46,029 nt of DNA from Planctomycetota bacterium (GCA_026991575.1 JALXBF010000135.1:1-46029); one strand, 5' to 3'. Shown: positions 8,499-18,269, counted from the stretch's first letter. Numbers and translations: made by a program. Notes: generated by a model from the letters alone, not told the origin.

Positions 8499-10517
8499 TC
8501 AGTACTCGTGTCGGGCCTTCGTCTCGTCCAGGCCAGCATGCAGCAGCTTCACCGGCGGTAGCTTCCTCTCTGCCACCTCGCGCTTAAGCCGCTCGATGAG
8601 CGCGTCGAGTGTGACGGGACCTAGGTCTCCTTCCGTGCGCTCGCGAAGCGACACCGTGCCCTGCTCCGCCTCCCGCTTGCCGACGATCGCCATGTAGGGA
8701 ATCTTCTCCAGCTGCGCGTCGCGGATCTTGTGGCCAATCTTTTCGGCACCAAGATCGATCTCGGCCCGGAAACCAGCCGCCAGTAGTTTGGCGTGGACCT
8801 CGCGCGCATAGTGAGCCACCTTCTCGCTGATCGGTAGCACGCGGATCTGCACCGGGGCCAACCACAGCGGGAAGGCACCGCCGTAGTGTTCGATCAGAAT
8901 GCCCATCAACCGTTCCATCGATCCGAACGGAGCCCGGTGAATCATCACGGGACGGTGGGGGCGGTTGTCCGGCCCGATGTATTCCAGGTCGAATCGCTCC
9001 GGCAAGTTGTAATCCAGCTGGACCGTTCCCAACTGCCACTCGCGGCCCAGGCAGTCCTTGACGAGGAAGTCAACCTTGGGACCGTAGAATGCAGCCTCCC
9101 CCTCGGCACACGTGTAGTCCAGCCCCATCTCGGAGACGACGCGCTGAATGGCCTGCTCTGCTTCGTGCCAGCGCTGTGGATCGCCCACGTACTTGGCACT
9201 GGCTGGATCACGCAAGCCAACACGCACGCGGTAGTCGTGCAGACCCAGTGCGCGGCAGACCAGCAGCACCAACTCGATCGTAGAGCGGAATTCCTCTTCA
9301 ACTTGCTCCGGCGTGCAGAACAGATGGGCGTCGTCCTGGGTGAAACCGCGCACACGCAGCAGCCCGCTCAGCTCACCCGACTGCTCATAGCGATAAACCG
9401 TACCAAACTCTGCCAGTCGCACGGGCAGATCGCGATAGCTGTGCTGCTCGGCCTTGTAAATGTGGATGTGATGCGGGCAGTTCATGGGTTTCAAGTAGTA
9501 GATCTCTTCGTCGATCTGGATTGGCGCGTACATCTTGTCGGCGTAGGTTGCCAGATGGCCGCTTCGTTCGTACAGTTCCCGCTTTCCGATGTGCGGCGTG
9601 TAGACCGGCTGGTAGCCGCGTTTGACCAGTTCCTCCCTGATGAAGCTCTCCAGGATGCCGCGTACGGTTGCCCCCTTGGGCATCCAGAGCACCAGCCCAC
9701 TGCCTACCTCGGCACTGATCGTGAACAGCTTCAGCTGGCGTCCGAGCACGCGGTGATCCCGCTTGCGTGCTTCTTCCAGTCGCTGCAAGTACTGTTCGAG
9801 CTGTTCTCTGGTAAACCAGGCGGTGCCGTAGATCCGCTGGAGCATCTTCCGAGTGGCGTCGCCCTTCCAGTACGCCCCCGCGATGCTAAGCAGCTTGAAC
9901 GGCCCGATCTTCGTTGCGTCCGGCACGTGTGGTCCGCGGCACAGGTCGACGAACTCACCGTAGCGGTAGAAGCTCAGGGTCGGGTACTTGGACAGCTCCT
10001 CGTCGATGTGCTCCACCTTGTAGGGCTGATCCAGTTCGCTGCAGAGCTTGCGTGCCTCGGCCACGGACGTCTCGAACCGCTCGAACCGCTCGCCGGCAGC
10101 TGCCAGCCGGGCCATTTCTTCTTCGATCCGCGCCAGATCTTCCTGCTTCAGCGGCTGGGGGAGGTCAAAGTCGTAGTAGAAGCCGTTCTCGATGGTCGGG
10201 CCAAAGGCGAGCTTAGCGCCGGGAAACAGCCGCATGACCGCACGGGCCATCAGGTGGGCCGCCGAGTGCCGCATGACGTCCAAAGCCTCGACACTGTCGG
10301 GTCCGAGCAGCTCGATCTCAATGGTCTCGGCCGTCTCGGGCAGCCGGTACTCGACGTCGGTCACCTGCCCGTTAACCCTCACCGCGATCACGCGGTCCAT
10401 CTGCTCAGGCGCTAGCCGCTCGACGACTTCGCGCACGGTTGTGCCAACCGGGAACTCTCCTTCACCCCCGCCTGCTATCCTGCACCGGACCGTGTGCACA
10501 ACAGACGCTTCGCCCAC
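8499..10517 (-). CDS. thrS: Threonine--tRNA ligase
   Basis: TGS domain, RHSAAHL, DLCRGPH editing motif, KPMNCP, RVRGFTQDDAH, GEAAFYGPK, HRAPFGSMER and anticodon-binding domain. Start is GTG 10517 (GGAGG RBS) or TTG 10532. Confidence 0.98.
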   Translation of the reverse strand: MGEASVVHTVRCRIAGGGEGEFPVGTTVREVVERLAPEQMDRVIAVRVNGQVTDVEYRLPETAETIEIELLGPDSVEALDVMRHSAAHLMARAVMRLFPGAKLAFGPTIENGFYYDFDLPQPLKQEDLARIEEEMARLAAAGERFERFETSVAEARKLCSELDQPYKVEHIDEELSKYPTLSFYRYGEFVDLCRGPHVPDATKIGPFKLLSIAGAYWKGDATRKMLQRIYGTAWFTREQLEQYLQRLEEARKRDHRVLGRQLKLFTISAEVGSGLVLWMPKGATVRGILESFIREELVKRGYQPVYTPHIGKRELYERSGHLATYADKMYAPIQIDEEIYYLKPMNCPHHIHIYKAEQHSYRDLPVRLAEFGTVYRYEQSGELSGLLRVRGFTQDDAHLFCTPEQVEEEFRSTIELVLLVCRALGLHDYRVRVGLRDPASAKYVGDPQRWHEAEQAIQRVVSEMGLDYTCAEGEAAFYGPKVDFLVKDCLGREWQLGTVQLDYNLPERFDLEYIGPDNRPHRPVMIHRAPFGSMERLMGILIEHYGGAFPLWLAPVQIRVLPISEKVAHYAREVHAKLLAAGFRAEIDLGAEKIGHKIRDAQLEKIPYMAIVGKREAEQGTVSLRERTEGDLGPVTLDALIERLKREVAERKLPPVKLLHAGLDETKARHEY

Positions 10518-10735
10518 GGGTTCCGCCTCCAAGTCTCAATGACCTACCTGCCGGCCTCCGGTCGCTTGCGCACGCCCAATTGTACTGCCACAATGCCTGT
10601 ACACTGGTGACACTCCGCAACGCCCCCCGGGCCGGCAACGGGGTTCGGCACCCCGGCCGCTACATGAGCCCGCCCACGGGATCGACGAAGGTTGCTACCC
10701 GGTTAACCGCCTGGCTGGATCGCTGCCAGGATCGG

Positions 10736-10764
10736 TTGCCAGCGACGTGGGCGGCCGGTAGACT
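10736..10764 (+). promoter_or_regulatory. Sigma70-type promoter of tRNA-Val
   Basis: TTGCCA-N17-TAGACT, 15 nt upstream of the tRNA. Confidence 0.65.
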
Positions 10765-10779
10765 TGTAGTGGGTTGGAA

Positions 10780-10853
10780 GGGCGGTTAGCTCAGTTGGCT
10801 AGAGCGCGTGCCCGACACGCACGAGGTCGCAGGTTCAAGTCCTGCACCGCCCA
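10780..10853 (+). tRNA. tRNA-Val(GAC); CCA not encoded
   Basis: Acceptor stem GGGCGGT/ACCGCCC plus A discriminator, D arm GCTC/GAGC, anticodon stem CGTGC/GCACG with loop CC-GAC-AC, T arm GCAGG-TTCAAGT-CCTGC. Confidence 0.96.
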
Positions 10854-10864
10854 CTGGCGCCTGG

Positions 10865-10895
10865 AGCCCGCCGGTTGACTTGCCGGCGGGTTTCT
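10865..10895 (+). terminator. Probable intrinsic terminator after tRNA-Val
   Basis: CCCGCCGG-loop-CCGGCGGG followed by TTTCT. Confidence 0.6.
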
Positions 10896-10899
10896 GCTG

Positions 10900-12000
10900 C
10901 GCGCCCGCCGCCTCGACGTAACCACAACACGCACCGGATCAGATCCCACGCCTCGTCGTCCGACGTGTTCTCCAGGAGTCCCGCGGGCATGACCGAGGAC
11001 TGCGGGTATGCGGTGCGCACGAGGTCCTTCTCCAGGATCCGCTGGTCTGACCGTCCGGGCTGGCGAATCACCGCCGCATCATCCGTTTCCGACACGAGCA
11101 GCTCTAGAATCAAGCGACCGTCCGCCGTCAGCACACGACAGTTGCGGCACCTTGCTTCCACCGAAGCACTGGGCGTGAGCACGCCGCCCAACAATGAGTC
11201 GATGCCCTTCAGCCCGACACCGCTGAGCGGCGGCCCGATCTGTCCCCCCTTGCCTCCCACGGTGTGACACACCCGATAGTGCCGCTCGAACGGCTTCCGC
11301 CCGCGGGCAACGTCACCAGGCTGTGAGCCAGGCCGGCGGTGCGGGCGAACGACTCCGCCTGCGCCCGCGCCTCAGCCGGCGTTCTCAGCCCCGGGCCATC
11401 CAAGCGTCGGCACCACGGAAGCCTTGCCGCTGAGCTTCCCCCGGTCGTGGCCGGCTCGGCACAGCACTAAGCCCGCGGGATACGGTCCCGCGTCGAACGT
11501 CCAGTCGAATCGTTCTCGAATCTCCGCTGGGGACAGGGCCCGGTCCCAGATGCGGAACTCAGCAGTCTCACGCCGCGAGCCCACGCGTGGCGGGATCGCC
11601 CGGCCGATCCGCAGCCCCCGAAACGGTCTGCGTTCGGTCTTTGCGCTGACCGCGTCCAGCTCACCGTTCAGGTGGATCCTGAACCGGCCCAGTTTGTCCC
11701 CGGGTCATCGCGTCGTGCGTCCACAAATGCGGCGACACCTCTCGGGAGGCAACCATGGTGTCGTGGTGCCCTGCGCCCCAAACGCGGAACCTTCTAGGGC
11801 AGAAGTTCATGTCCAACTGACCCGATGTCCGCAAGATGTCGTCCGTGTTGCTGATCCTGTTGTGAAGTCGCACCCATGCTGCCGCCGCGAAGGGACCGTC
11901 CAGGTCGATCAGGTCACGCACATAGTCATCCGGCCCGCGTTCCAACCGGGGCACGCATTGCAGTCGATGGCCAATCGCCCGCCATAGTTCGCGCACAGTG
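10900..12000 (-). pseudogene. Decayed C-terminal part of a PVC-type heme-binding protein (LamG-like domain plus cytochrome c)
   Basis: Fragments in different frames: GPFAAAAWVRL...WTH, RFRIHLNGELDA, EFRIWDRALSPAEI and CHTVGGKGGQIGPPLSG...SVMPAGLL. The heme motif reads YRVCH (first Cys lost). Confidence 0.7.
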
Positions 12001-12299
12001 GCACTAGCGGCGGGTACGGTTTGAGCCGGTCCGGATACGGCCTCGGACGGCGTCCCCCGCCTCGATCAGGAATACTCGGAGAATCCGGTCGTTCGCCTCC
12101 TGAATCCAGATCTCCCTCGTCGTGCGCGATGTTCAGGCCCAGAGATGCTGCTCGGCCCGGCTGTGTGCAGCTCGGAATCGGAGTCGTCCGTGCGAAGGCC
12201 AGCCAGCCTGCAGTGGCGGAAGACGATCTCCGTGGGACCGCTGGCAAACGGCTTGCCATCAGAACGCCGTACAGCGGGACCCTGAACAGGCCCTGCTCC

Positions 12300-12490
12300 A
12301 TTCGGACCCAGCGGCCAGGCACGCGAGTGAATTGGTGAGGAAACAGGGTCGAGGAACTGGTCCAGATCCAGCTTCAGCAAGTAGTTGTCGATCGTTACGT
12401 CGCTGCGGCGACGGAGCTCGCCGCCAAGCCGGACCTGCCCGTAAGGTGCAGGTTCAAGCAGATAGCGGCGGACTTTGTCGCCTGTCGCGG
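12300..12490 (-). pseudogene. Short coding remnant, possibly the N-terminus of a GH127-like glycoside hydrolase
   Basis: DKVRRYLLEPAPYGQVRLGGELRRRSDVTIDNYLLKLDLDQFLDP is protein-like within otherwise non-coding sequence; the family assignment is a weak resemblance. Confidence 0.3.
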
Positions 12491-13853
12491 TAGCGGCCGG
12501 GAGGCTGACAATCAGGCAAGCAGGCAGGCGGCAGGTGGAGACGGGCCATGGCGGCAACCCTCCACCATTTCGCGCAGGACCTTCCGGCGGGCATCGCACG
12601 CTACCCCATCGTAGACCGTCGCCGACGGAACGGGTACGAGACGGAGAGGGTGCCTTTCAGGTTTTGCGTCGGGTACGTCCGCACACTGGGGCTTAGACCG
12701 TCCCCGGTGGAGCTCCCCACGCAGCGAGCGGATAGACCGGCCGAGACGACCGGCCAGATGGGATTGGGTGCGACAGGGACGATCGGACGTCGTGCCGCGC
12801 GGCAGGGGCGGAACCGGACATGGGTTAGCTCCCGTTCGGCGGGGTCACACGAGTGGGACGGGGTGCAAATCAGCATTCCTAGCACACAGGGTTAGCCGAG
12901 GCGGTGCCTAGCCGGCCCCGGAGACAGGCGAACCGGGAGGCGGGCTTGGTGTGCGGCGGGAGAAGTGTCGGGTGGTTACAACGCCTGGAGCAGCGAGGCT
13001 TCACGTTGGAGCCCGGTTCGGGGAAGTAGCCCGGGAGCTTGCGCCGTAGCCCGGAGGTTTGACTGAATGGGGGCGTGGTGCGGTGAGAAGTTTTCCTCGA
13101 CCTGCGGGCAGCTCGTGGTGCAGTCGTCACGGCAGGGAGAATCCGGAATGCGGCGCGGCCGCTCAGTCAACCGTTTGGTGTGGTGGGTGCTATCGCGTCA
13201 GCATGCGGCGGTCGCAAGCTTTCGGGAACAATCGGTTCCGCCACTGCAACCGCTCTATCTGAGCTGACGGACGGGGACGCTCCGCTGTGGACCGGTGCGC
13301 GGGTGCGGTCCAGGGGGGGCTGTGGGCCGGACGCACGGATTGTATCGTGGATGCTGTTGCGCGTCGGGCCACGAAAACTTAGTATCATTGGCCAGCGATT
13401 GCCAGCGGTTGTTTGTGTCGTTGACTCCGAGACCTGACGGGGCAGCGTGGCATCATGCCGTAACCAAGGAATTGGAGTGGGTGGAACGAGAACGGCGTAG
13501 CGTGTGTAGTTCGGGTGCGCTAGTCCTACTTGGGGGGCGGGGTCGTGCAAAGCGATGGCCCGGCATGAGAACGTGGGGACTCCGCTTCCCTCAGGGCCTG
13601 TAGATTCTGACAGGCCGGGTTGGCGCGGGATGGGCCGGGTGTCGTGACCTGTTCTGCGGCCCGAGCCGTCGAAACTTGTAGGTAGAACAGGGGAGAGCCG
13701 ATGCGCGCAGAGTGGCCATCCGGACCACGTGCTCGCGAAGGTAAGAGATCGTTTGTCAATGCACCGCTTGCTGTTTTCCGGCTCTTGAGCGGATGGTACG
13801 TGGCAGTGCGGCAGAGTTGTTTGCGGTTTGTCCGGAAGCTGCGTGCGGGGGGC

Positions 13854-15677
13854 ATGGCAACGGGCTCGGGCACTGCTGATCAACCCTCCGGGGACGTCGT
13901 GAAGACACTTGGCGCGCCGCGTCTGCGACACTGGGCCGGGGTCAACAGCGTAGCGTTCAGCCCCGACGGGCGTCTGATCGCGTCGGGGAGTGGGGACCAC
14001 ACGATCAAGCTGTGGGATGCGGCGAGTGGTAAAGAGCTACGCACGCTCACGGGGCACGAGAGCGGGGTTAACGCCGTAGCGTTCAACCCCGACGGGCGGC
14101 TGATCGTCTCGAGTAGCTGGGACGGCACGATCAAGCTGTGGGACACGGCGAGCGGTGAGGAGCTGCGCACCCTCACGGGCCATGAAGGGGAAGTCTACAG
14201 CGTAGCGTTCAGCCCCGACGGGCGTCTGATCGCGTCGGGGAGTGGGGACCACACGATCAAGCTGTGGGATGCGGCGAGCGGTAAAGAGCTACGGACGCTC
14301 ACGGGGCACGAGGACGTGGTCCGGAGTGTAGCGTTCAGTCCCGACGGGCGGCTGATCGCATCGGGGAGCTCCGACGAAACGATCAAGCTATGGGACGCGG
14401 CGAGCGGTAAAGAGCTGCGCACGCTCACGGGGCACGAGTTCGGGGTCAACAGCGTAGTGTTTAGTCCCGACGGACGGCTGATCGCATCCGGGAGCCTCGA
14501 CTACACGATCAGGCTGTGGGACGCGGCGAGCGGTGAGGAGCTGCGCACGCTCACGGGACATGAGGACTGGGTCCTGAGCGTCGCGTTCAGTCCCGACGGG
14601 CGGCTGATCGCAGCGGGGGACGAGGATGGCACGATCAAGCTATGGGACGCGGCAAGCGGCAAAGAGCTGCGCACGCTCACGGGACATGGGGGGAGAGTCT
14701 GGAGCGTCGCGTTCAGTCCCGACGGGCGTGTGATCGCATCGGGAAGCTCCGACGAAACGATCAAGCTGTGGGACGCGGCGAGCGGTGAGGAGCTGCCCAC
14801 CCCCACGCTCACGGGGCATGAGGACTGGGTCCAGAGCGTCGCGTTCAGTCCAGACGGGCGGCTGATCGCGTCGGGGAGCTCCGACGACACGATCAAGCTG
14901 TGGGACGTGGCGAGCGGTAAAGAGCTGCGCACGCTCAGGGGGCATGAGTTCGGGGTCACCAGCGTCGCGTTCAGTCCGGACGGGCGGCTGATCGCATCGG
15001 GGAGTCACGACCGGACGATCAAGCTGTGGGACGCGGCGAGCGGTGAGGAGCTACGCACGCTGACGGGACATGAGGATGGGGTGCTGAGCGTCGTGTTCAA
15101 TCCCGACGCGCGCCTGCTCGCATCGAGTAGCTGGGACCGCACGATCAAGCTGTGGGACCCGGCGAGCGGTGAGGAGTTGCGCACGCTCACGGGGCATGAG
15201 GACGGAGTCCATGCGGTAGCGTTCAGTCCCGACGGGCGGCTGATCGCGTCGGGGAGCAAGGATAGCACGATCAAGCTGTGGGACGCGACGAGCGGTAAAG
15301 AGCTACGCACGCTCGCGGGGCATAAGGACTTGGTCTGGAGCGTCGCGTTCAGTTCCGACGGGCGTTTGATCTGCTCGGGGAGCAAGGATGGCACGATCAA
15401 GCTCTGGCACGCGGCGAGTGGTAAAGAGCTGCGCACGCTCACGGAGCATGTCTGGGTCAACAGCGTAGCGTTCAGCCCGCACGGGCGGTTGATCGCATCG
15501 GGGGGCGGCCATGGCGCGGTGAGGCTCTGGGATGCCGATTCGGGGGCGCTGCTGCAGACGTGGATCATTGCTCCGGGCCCAGGCCAGATTCGGGAGGTTT
15601 GCTTTTCTCGCGACGGTCACTACCTGGCAACAGCCAACGGCAACGGCACGATCTCGATCCTGCGTCTCGCGAGCTAG
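13854..15677 (+). CDS. Stand-alone WD40-repeat protein (607 aa; 13 regular repeats plus terminal blade = 14 blades)
   Basis: Same N-cap (MATGSG.AD.P.G..VKTLG.PRLRHWA) and C-cap (YLATANGNGTISILR) as gene 1. Start set at ATG 13854 by homology rather than 13701. Confidence 0.93.
   Translation: MATGSGTADQPSGDVVKTLGAPRLRHWAGVNSVAFSPDGRLIASGSGDHTIKLWDAASGKELRTLTGHESGVNAVAFNPDGRLIVSSSWDGTIKLWDTASGEELRTLTGHEGEVYSVAFSPDGRLIASGSGDHTIKLWDAASGKELRTLTGHEDVVRSVAFSPDGRLIASGSSDETIKLWDAASGKELRTLTGHEFGVNSVVFSPDGRLIASGSLDYTIRLWDAASGEELRTLTGHEDWVLSVAFSPDGRLIAAGDEDGTIKLWDAASGKELRTLTGHGGRVWSVAFSPDGRVIASGSSDETIKLWDAASGEELPTPTLTGHEDWVQSVAFSPDGRLIASGSSDDTIKLWDVASGKELRTLRGHEFGVTSVAFSPDGRLIASGSHDRTIKLWDAASGEELRTLTGHEDGVLSVVFNPDARLLASSSWDRTIKLWDPASGEELRTLTGHEDGVHAVAFSPDGRLIASGSKDSTIKLWDATSGKELRTLAGHKDLVWSVAFSSDGRLICSGSKDGTIKLWHAASGKELRTLTEHVWVNSVAFSPHGRLIASGGGHGAVRLWDADSGALLQTWIIAPGPGQIREVCFSRDGHYLATANGNGTISILRLAS
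13932..15560 (+). repeat. Tandem 126-bp coding repeat array of WD40 gene 2
   Basis: acgatcaagctgtgggacgcggcgagcggt.a.gagct.cgcacgctcacggggca recurs at 126-bp period. Confidence 0.95.
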
Positions 15678-17282
15678 ACGACGGTGTGGAGGCTCCTTTG
15701 CTGGTGGGGAGGCCCCGCCTGGGCATGGAGCGTCAGAGGGGACGGCCCAAGAACCGGGACGTCGCACGTCTAGGCGGCACCGAAGAGCCGCTCCGTGCAG
15801 CGAGCGCGGCCCTCAGCCCGGGACGTTGCTCCTTACTGACGGTGGTGGTTGCCTGCGACAAACCAAGGCAACCGGCGCGTCACGTGACGCCCCGCTTGCC
15901 GGCGCTACCTTGTCTGAGTTGAGGAACGGGGGAGCGCAGCCGCGACGGGTGCGGGCGTGCGGTCCGGGGAGCCGCGGGCCAGACGTAGCGATTGCACCGC
16001 GGATGCTGTTGGGCGTTGGGCCGTAACACTTCGCTTTATCACCGGGTGGCCATTGCGAGCGGTCGGTTGCGTGATTGTTTCCGACGCCTGCCTTCCTGCG
16101 GCGGTGCAGCCGATGGCAAGTTGTCGGAGTTGGCAGTCGGCTACGGTGGTTTCCAGTTTGCAATGATGGGTGCTGGGGGGGGGGTGTTGTCGTAGTGGAT
16201 CGCGTTGCAGCGGTGGTATCCAGCGGGCAAGCGAGCAGAAGCAGCGTGAAGAAGCGTTGAGCCTACCGGGGCTTGGGCCGGAGTGTCCGGACAACATGGA
16301 GTTGGGTGCGTCTCAGCATTTGCACCACACAGGGTCAGGTGGGGCGGTGCTTCGGCGTCGTGTCATCGGGGGGGCGGTGCCCGGCGTGGTTCTGGAGGCA
16401 GGCGAACCGGGGGACGAACCGATCGGGAACCTTACTTCAAACGGGCCGCGAGGCTTTACGCCCTCCCGGCCGGTCGTTGATTCCGTAGCGCCCGCGGGAT
16501 CCTCTCAGAATTCTTGGTTGCCCTGCCGCCGCGGGCGGGGACCGCGGCGGCAGAGCAACATCCGACCGCCGTGCTCCGGGCGGACGGGCCCGCGGCACGG
16601 CTAAGAACGAAACTCCCCGAATCCGCCGCGCTACCCATCGACTTCGGGAGCGGGGGGCGTAAAGCCTCCTCACCCGCCCGTTCACGGAGGCGGCCCGATC
16701 TATCAGCTTCCCGCCGCGGGAAATGCTCCGCTGACACGGCGAGGGGCTGCACCACCGTCTCGCGAGCACATACAGCGAGCGACCTTTCCCCCAGCGTGGG
16801 CGCAACAGCTGAAACGCACCCGTGGCCATGCAGGCCCCCTAGTGGCTCCTCTGGACCACCCCTACGACGATGTCACCGACATGGCCGACGGGGACGTGGC
16901 CAGCTGTGGTACAGGCTTTGCATGCACGGGGCTCTCGGACGCCTCGGCGGCTGTCAGCCACTCGAGCAGCCGCGGCTTACGCCCGCCGGCACGCCTACGC
17001 GGCCATCCGGAGCCCGCTCGAGCCGAGAAGGTGCGTGTGTCGGATGCGACATCGCGCCTGTCCCAACACGCTGCGGCGTCAAACCCCGGTCCAGCCGACA
17101 ACGGGGACAACGACCGCTCCAGACAACCGGTCGATCGGGGCGACTGTACGTAGGGCGCCGGCAGAAAAGCTGACTCGCGTCGCGCCGCAACTCGGCTTGA
17201 TTACCGCGGGCGAACGGCAGAGACTATGATAGAGTTAGTAAATCGGCGGATGCATCCGAGCGTATCGCGCGAGCATACAGCC

Positions 17283-18221
17283 ATGGGTATCGGTAGGTCA
17301 GACGGCCGGGCACAGCGGACCGCACGACCAGGTCTGACGCTGCTAGAGCTGCTTGTCACGTTGGCAATAGTGACCGTTCTGGTCAGTCTCGTCCTGCCGG
17401 CAGTTCAGCGTGCCCGTGAGGCGGCTCGATCCGCCAGATGCCTGTCGAACCTGCGCCAGATCGGCGTCGCGTTGCATTCGTACTACAGTACCCACCAGAT
17501 CTGGCCCTGCGGCTGGATTCTGGAAAACCCGCTCCAGGCAACCGACAACGGTTGGGGCTGGCTGGCCATGCTGCTGCCTCAGATGGATGGCCGGCAGATC
17601 TACAACGGATTGAACTTCGACCGGCCCATGTGGGCCCCGGCGAACCGAACAGCGCGCGAACGAATGTTCGACAGCTTCATTTGCCCGTCGGACCGGTACG
17701 CCGGGCCTGTACCGTTCGTTGGCGTACGCTTTGGAGACAATCGTCCGAGGCTACCGTGGCGTGGGCACGAGGGAACGAACGGGACACTGTACACGATGTA
17801 CCTGACGGGTCCGAGTAGCTATGTGGGAGTGTTCGGGCCAAGGGATCCGGACGATATCGCCTATCAGCCGGTCTCCGAGGGCACTTTCTTCCTCAACAGC
17901 GCCGTCGGCGCCCACCACCTGCTGGACGGCACCTCGATGACGGTCATCGTCGGAGAACGGGCAAGCTTTCGTTTGCCAGGCGCATGGGCGGGCATGGACC
18001 CGCGCGATATTGAGGGCCCAGAGCGGGTCGTGGGTTTCGCCGTTCACTCGCCGGGAGACCCGAAGGCCGACGAGGCAGAGTTCTCCAGCCGACACCCTGG
18101 CACGGTGCACTTTCTGTTCGGCGATGGCGGCGCCCGAGCGGTCGGGATCTCCATCGACGCGGCGGTCATGCGCGCTCTGACGACACGCGCCGGCGGCGAA
18201 CCGCTCGACGAACAGTTCTAG
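17283..18221 (+). CDS. DUF1559 prepilin-type N-terminal cleavage / H-X9-DG domain protein
   Basis: GLTLLELLVTLAIV...LPAVQRAREAAR...C.SNLRQIGVALHSY, FICPSD, DGTSMT..VGE and FSSRHPGTVHFLFGDG. Start 17283 or 17226. Confidence 0.95.
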   Translation: MGIGRSDGRAQRTARPGLTLLELLVTLAIVTVLVSLVLPAVQRAREAARSARCLSNLRQIGVALHSYYSTHQIWPCGWILENPLQATDNGWGWLAMLLPQMDGRQIYNGLNFDRPMWAPANRTARERMFDSFICPSDRYAGPVPFVGVRFGDNRPRLPWRGHEGTNGTLYTMYLTGPSSYVGVFGPRDPDDIAYQPVSEGTFFLNSAVGAHHLLDGTSMTVIVGERASFRLPGAWAGMDPRDIEGPERVVGFAVHSPGDPKADEAEFSSRHPGTVHFLFGDGGARAVGISIDAAVMRALTTRAGGEPLDEQF

Positions 18222-18227
18222 CTGCTC

Positions 18228-18269
18228 TTGCCATCCAATGCGATGAATGCGATAATACTAACGTGTTAG
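18228..18269 (+). promoter_or_regulatory. Sigma70 promoter with adjacent palindromic operator (candidate BlaI/CopY-type box)
   Basis: TTGCCA(18228)-N17-GATAAT(18251) with a TG extension, followed by the inverted repeat CTAAC-GT-GTTAG (18258-18269) over the expected start site. Confidence 0.65.

Larger units (their letters stand above)
13304..16171 (+). repeat. Copy B of the diverged ~2.8-kb WD40 cassette direct repeat
   Basis: Colinear with 1-2762 in both flanks and in the N- and C-terminal caps of the gene; similarity is lost at the G10 tract at 16175. Confidence 0.85.

Noticed and set aside
8886..10415. 509-aa plus-strand ORF, and similar long antisense ORFs over rny/ymdB, metE and cstA
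   Set aside because: Typical high-GC antisense frames opposite well-supported genes.
12448..12458. GCAGGTTCAAG matching the tRNA-Val T arm as a possible att site
   Set aside because: Only 11 bp, does not extend to the tRNA 3' end, and lies in a coding remnant; compatible with chance.
13701..13853. 51-aa N-terminal extension of WD40 gene 2
   Set aside because: The homologous region of copy A is out of frame and contains a stop; protein similarity begins at MATGSG.
628..15560. Diversity-generating retroelement as the source of WD40 variability
   Set aside because: No reverse transcriptase or template repeat in the window, and the variable codons also differ at third positions (TGG, CTC, AAG, CAT), unlike an adenine-only pattern.
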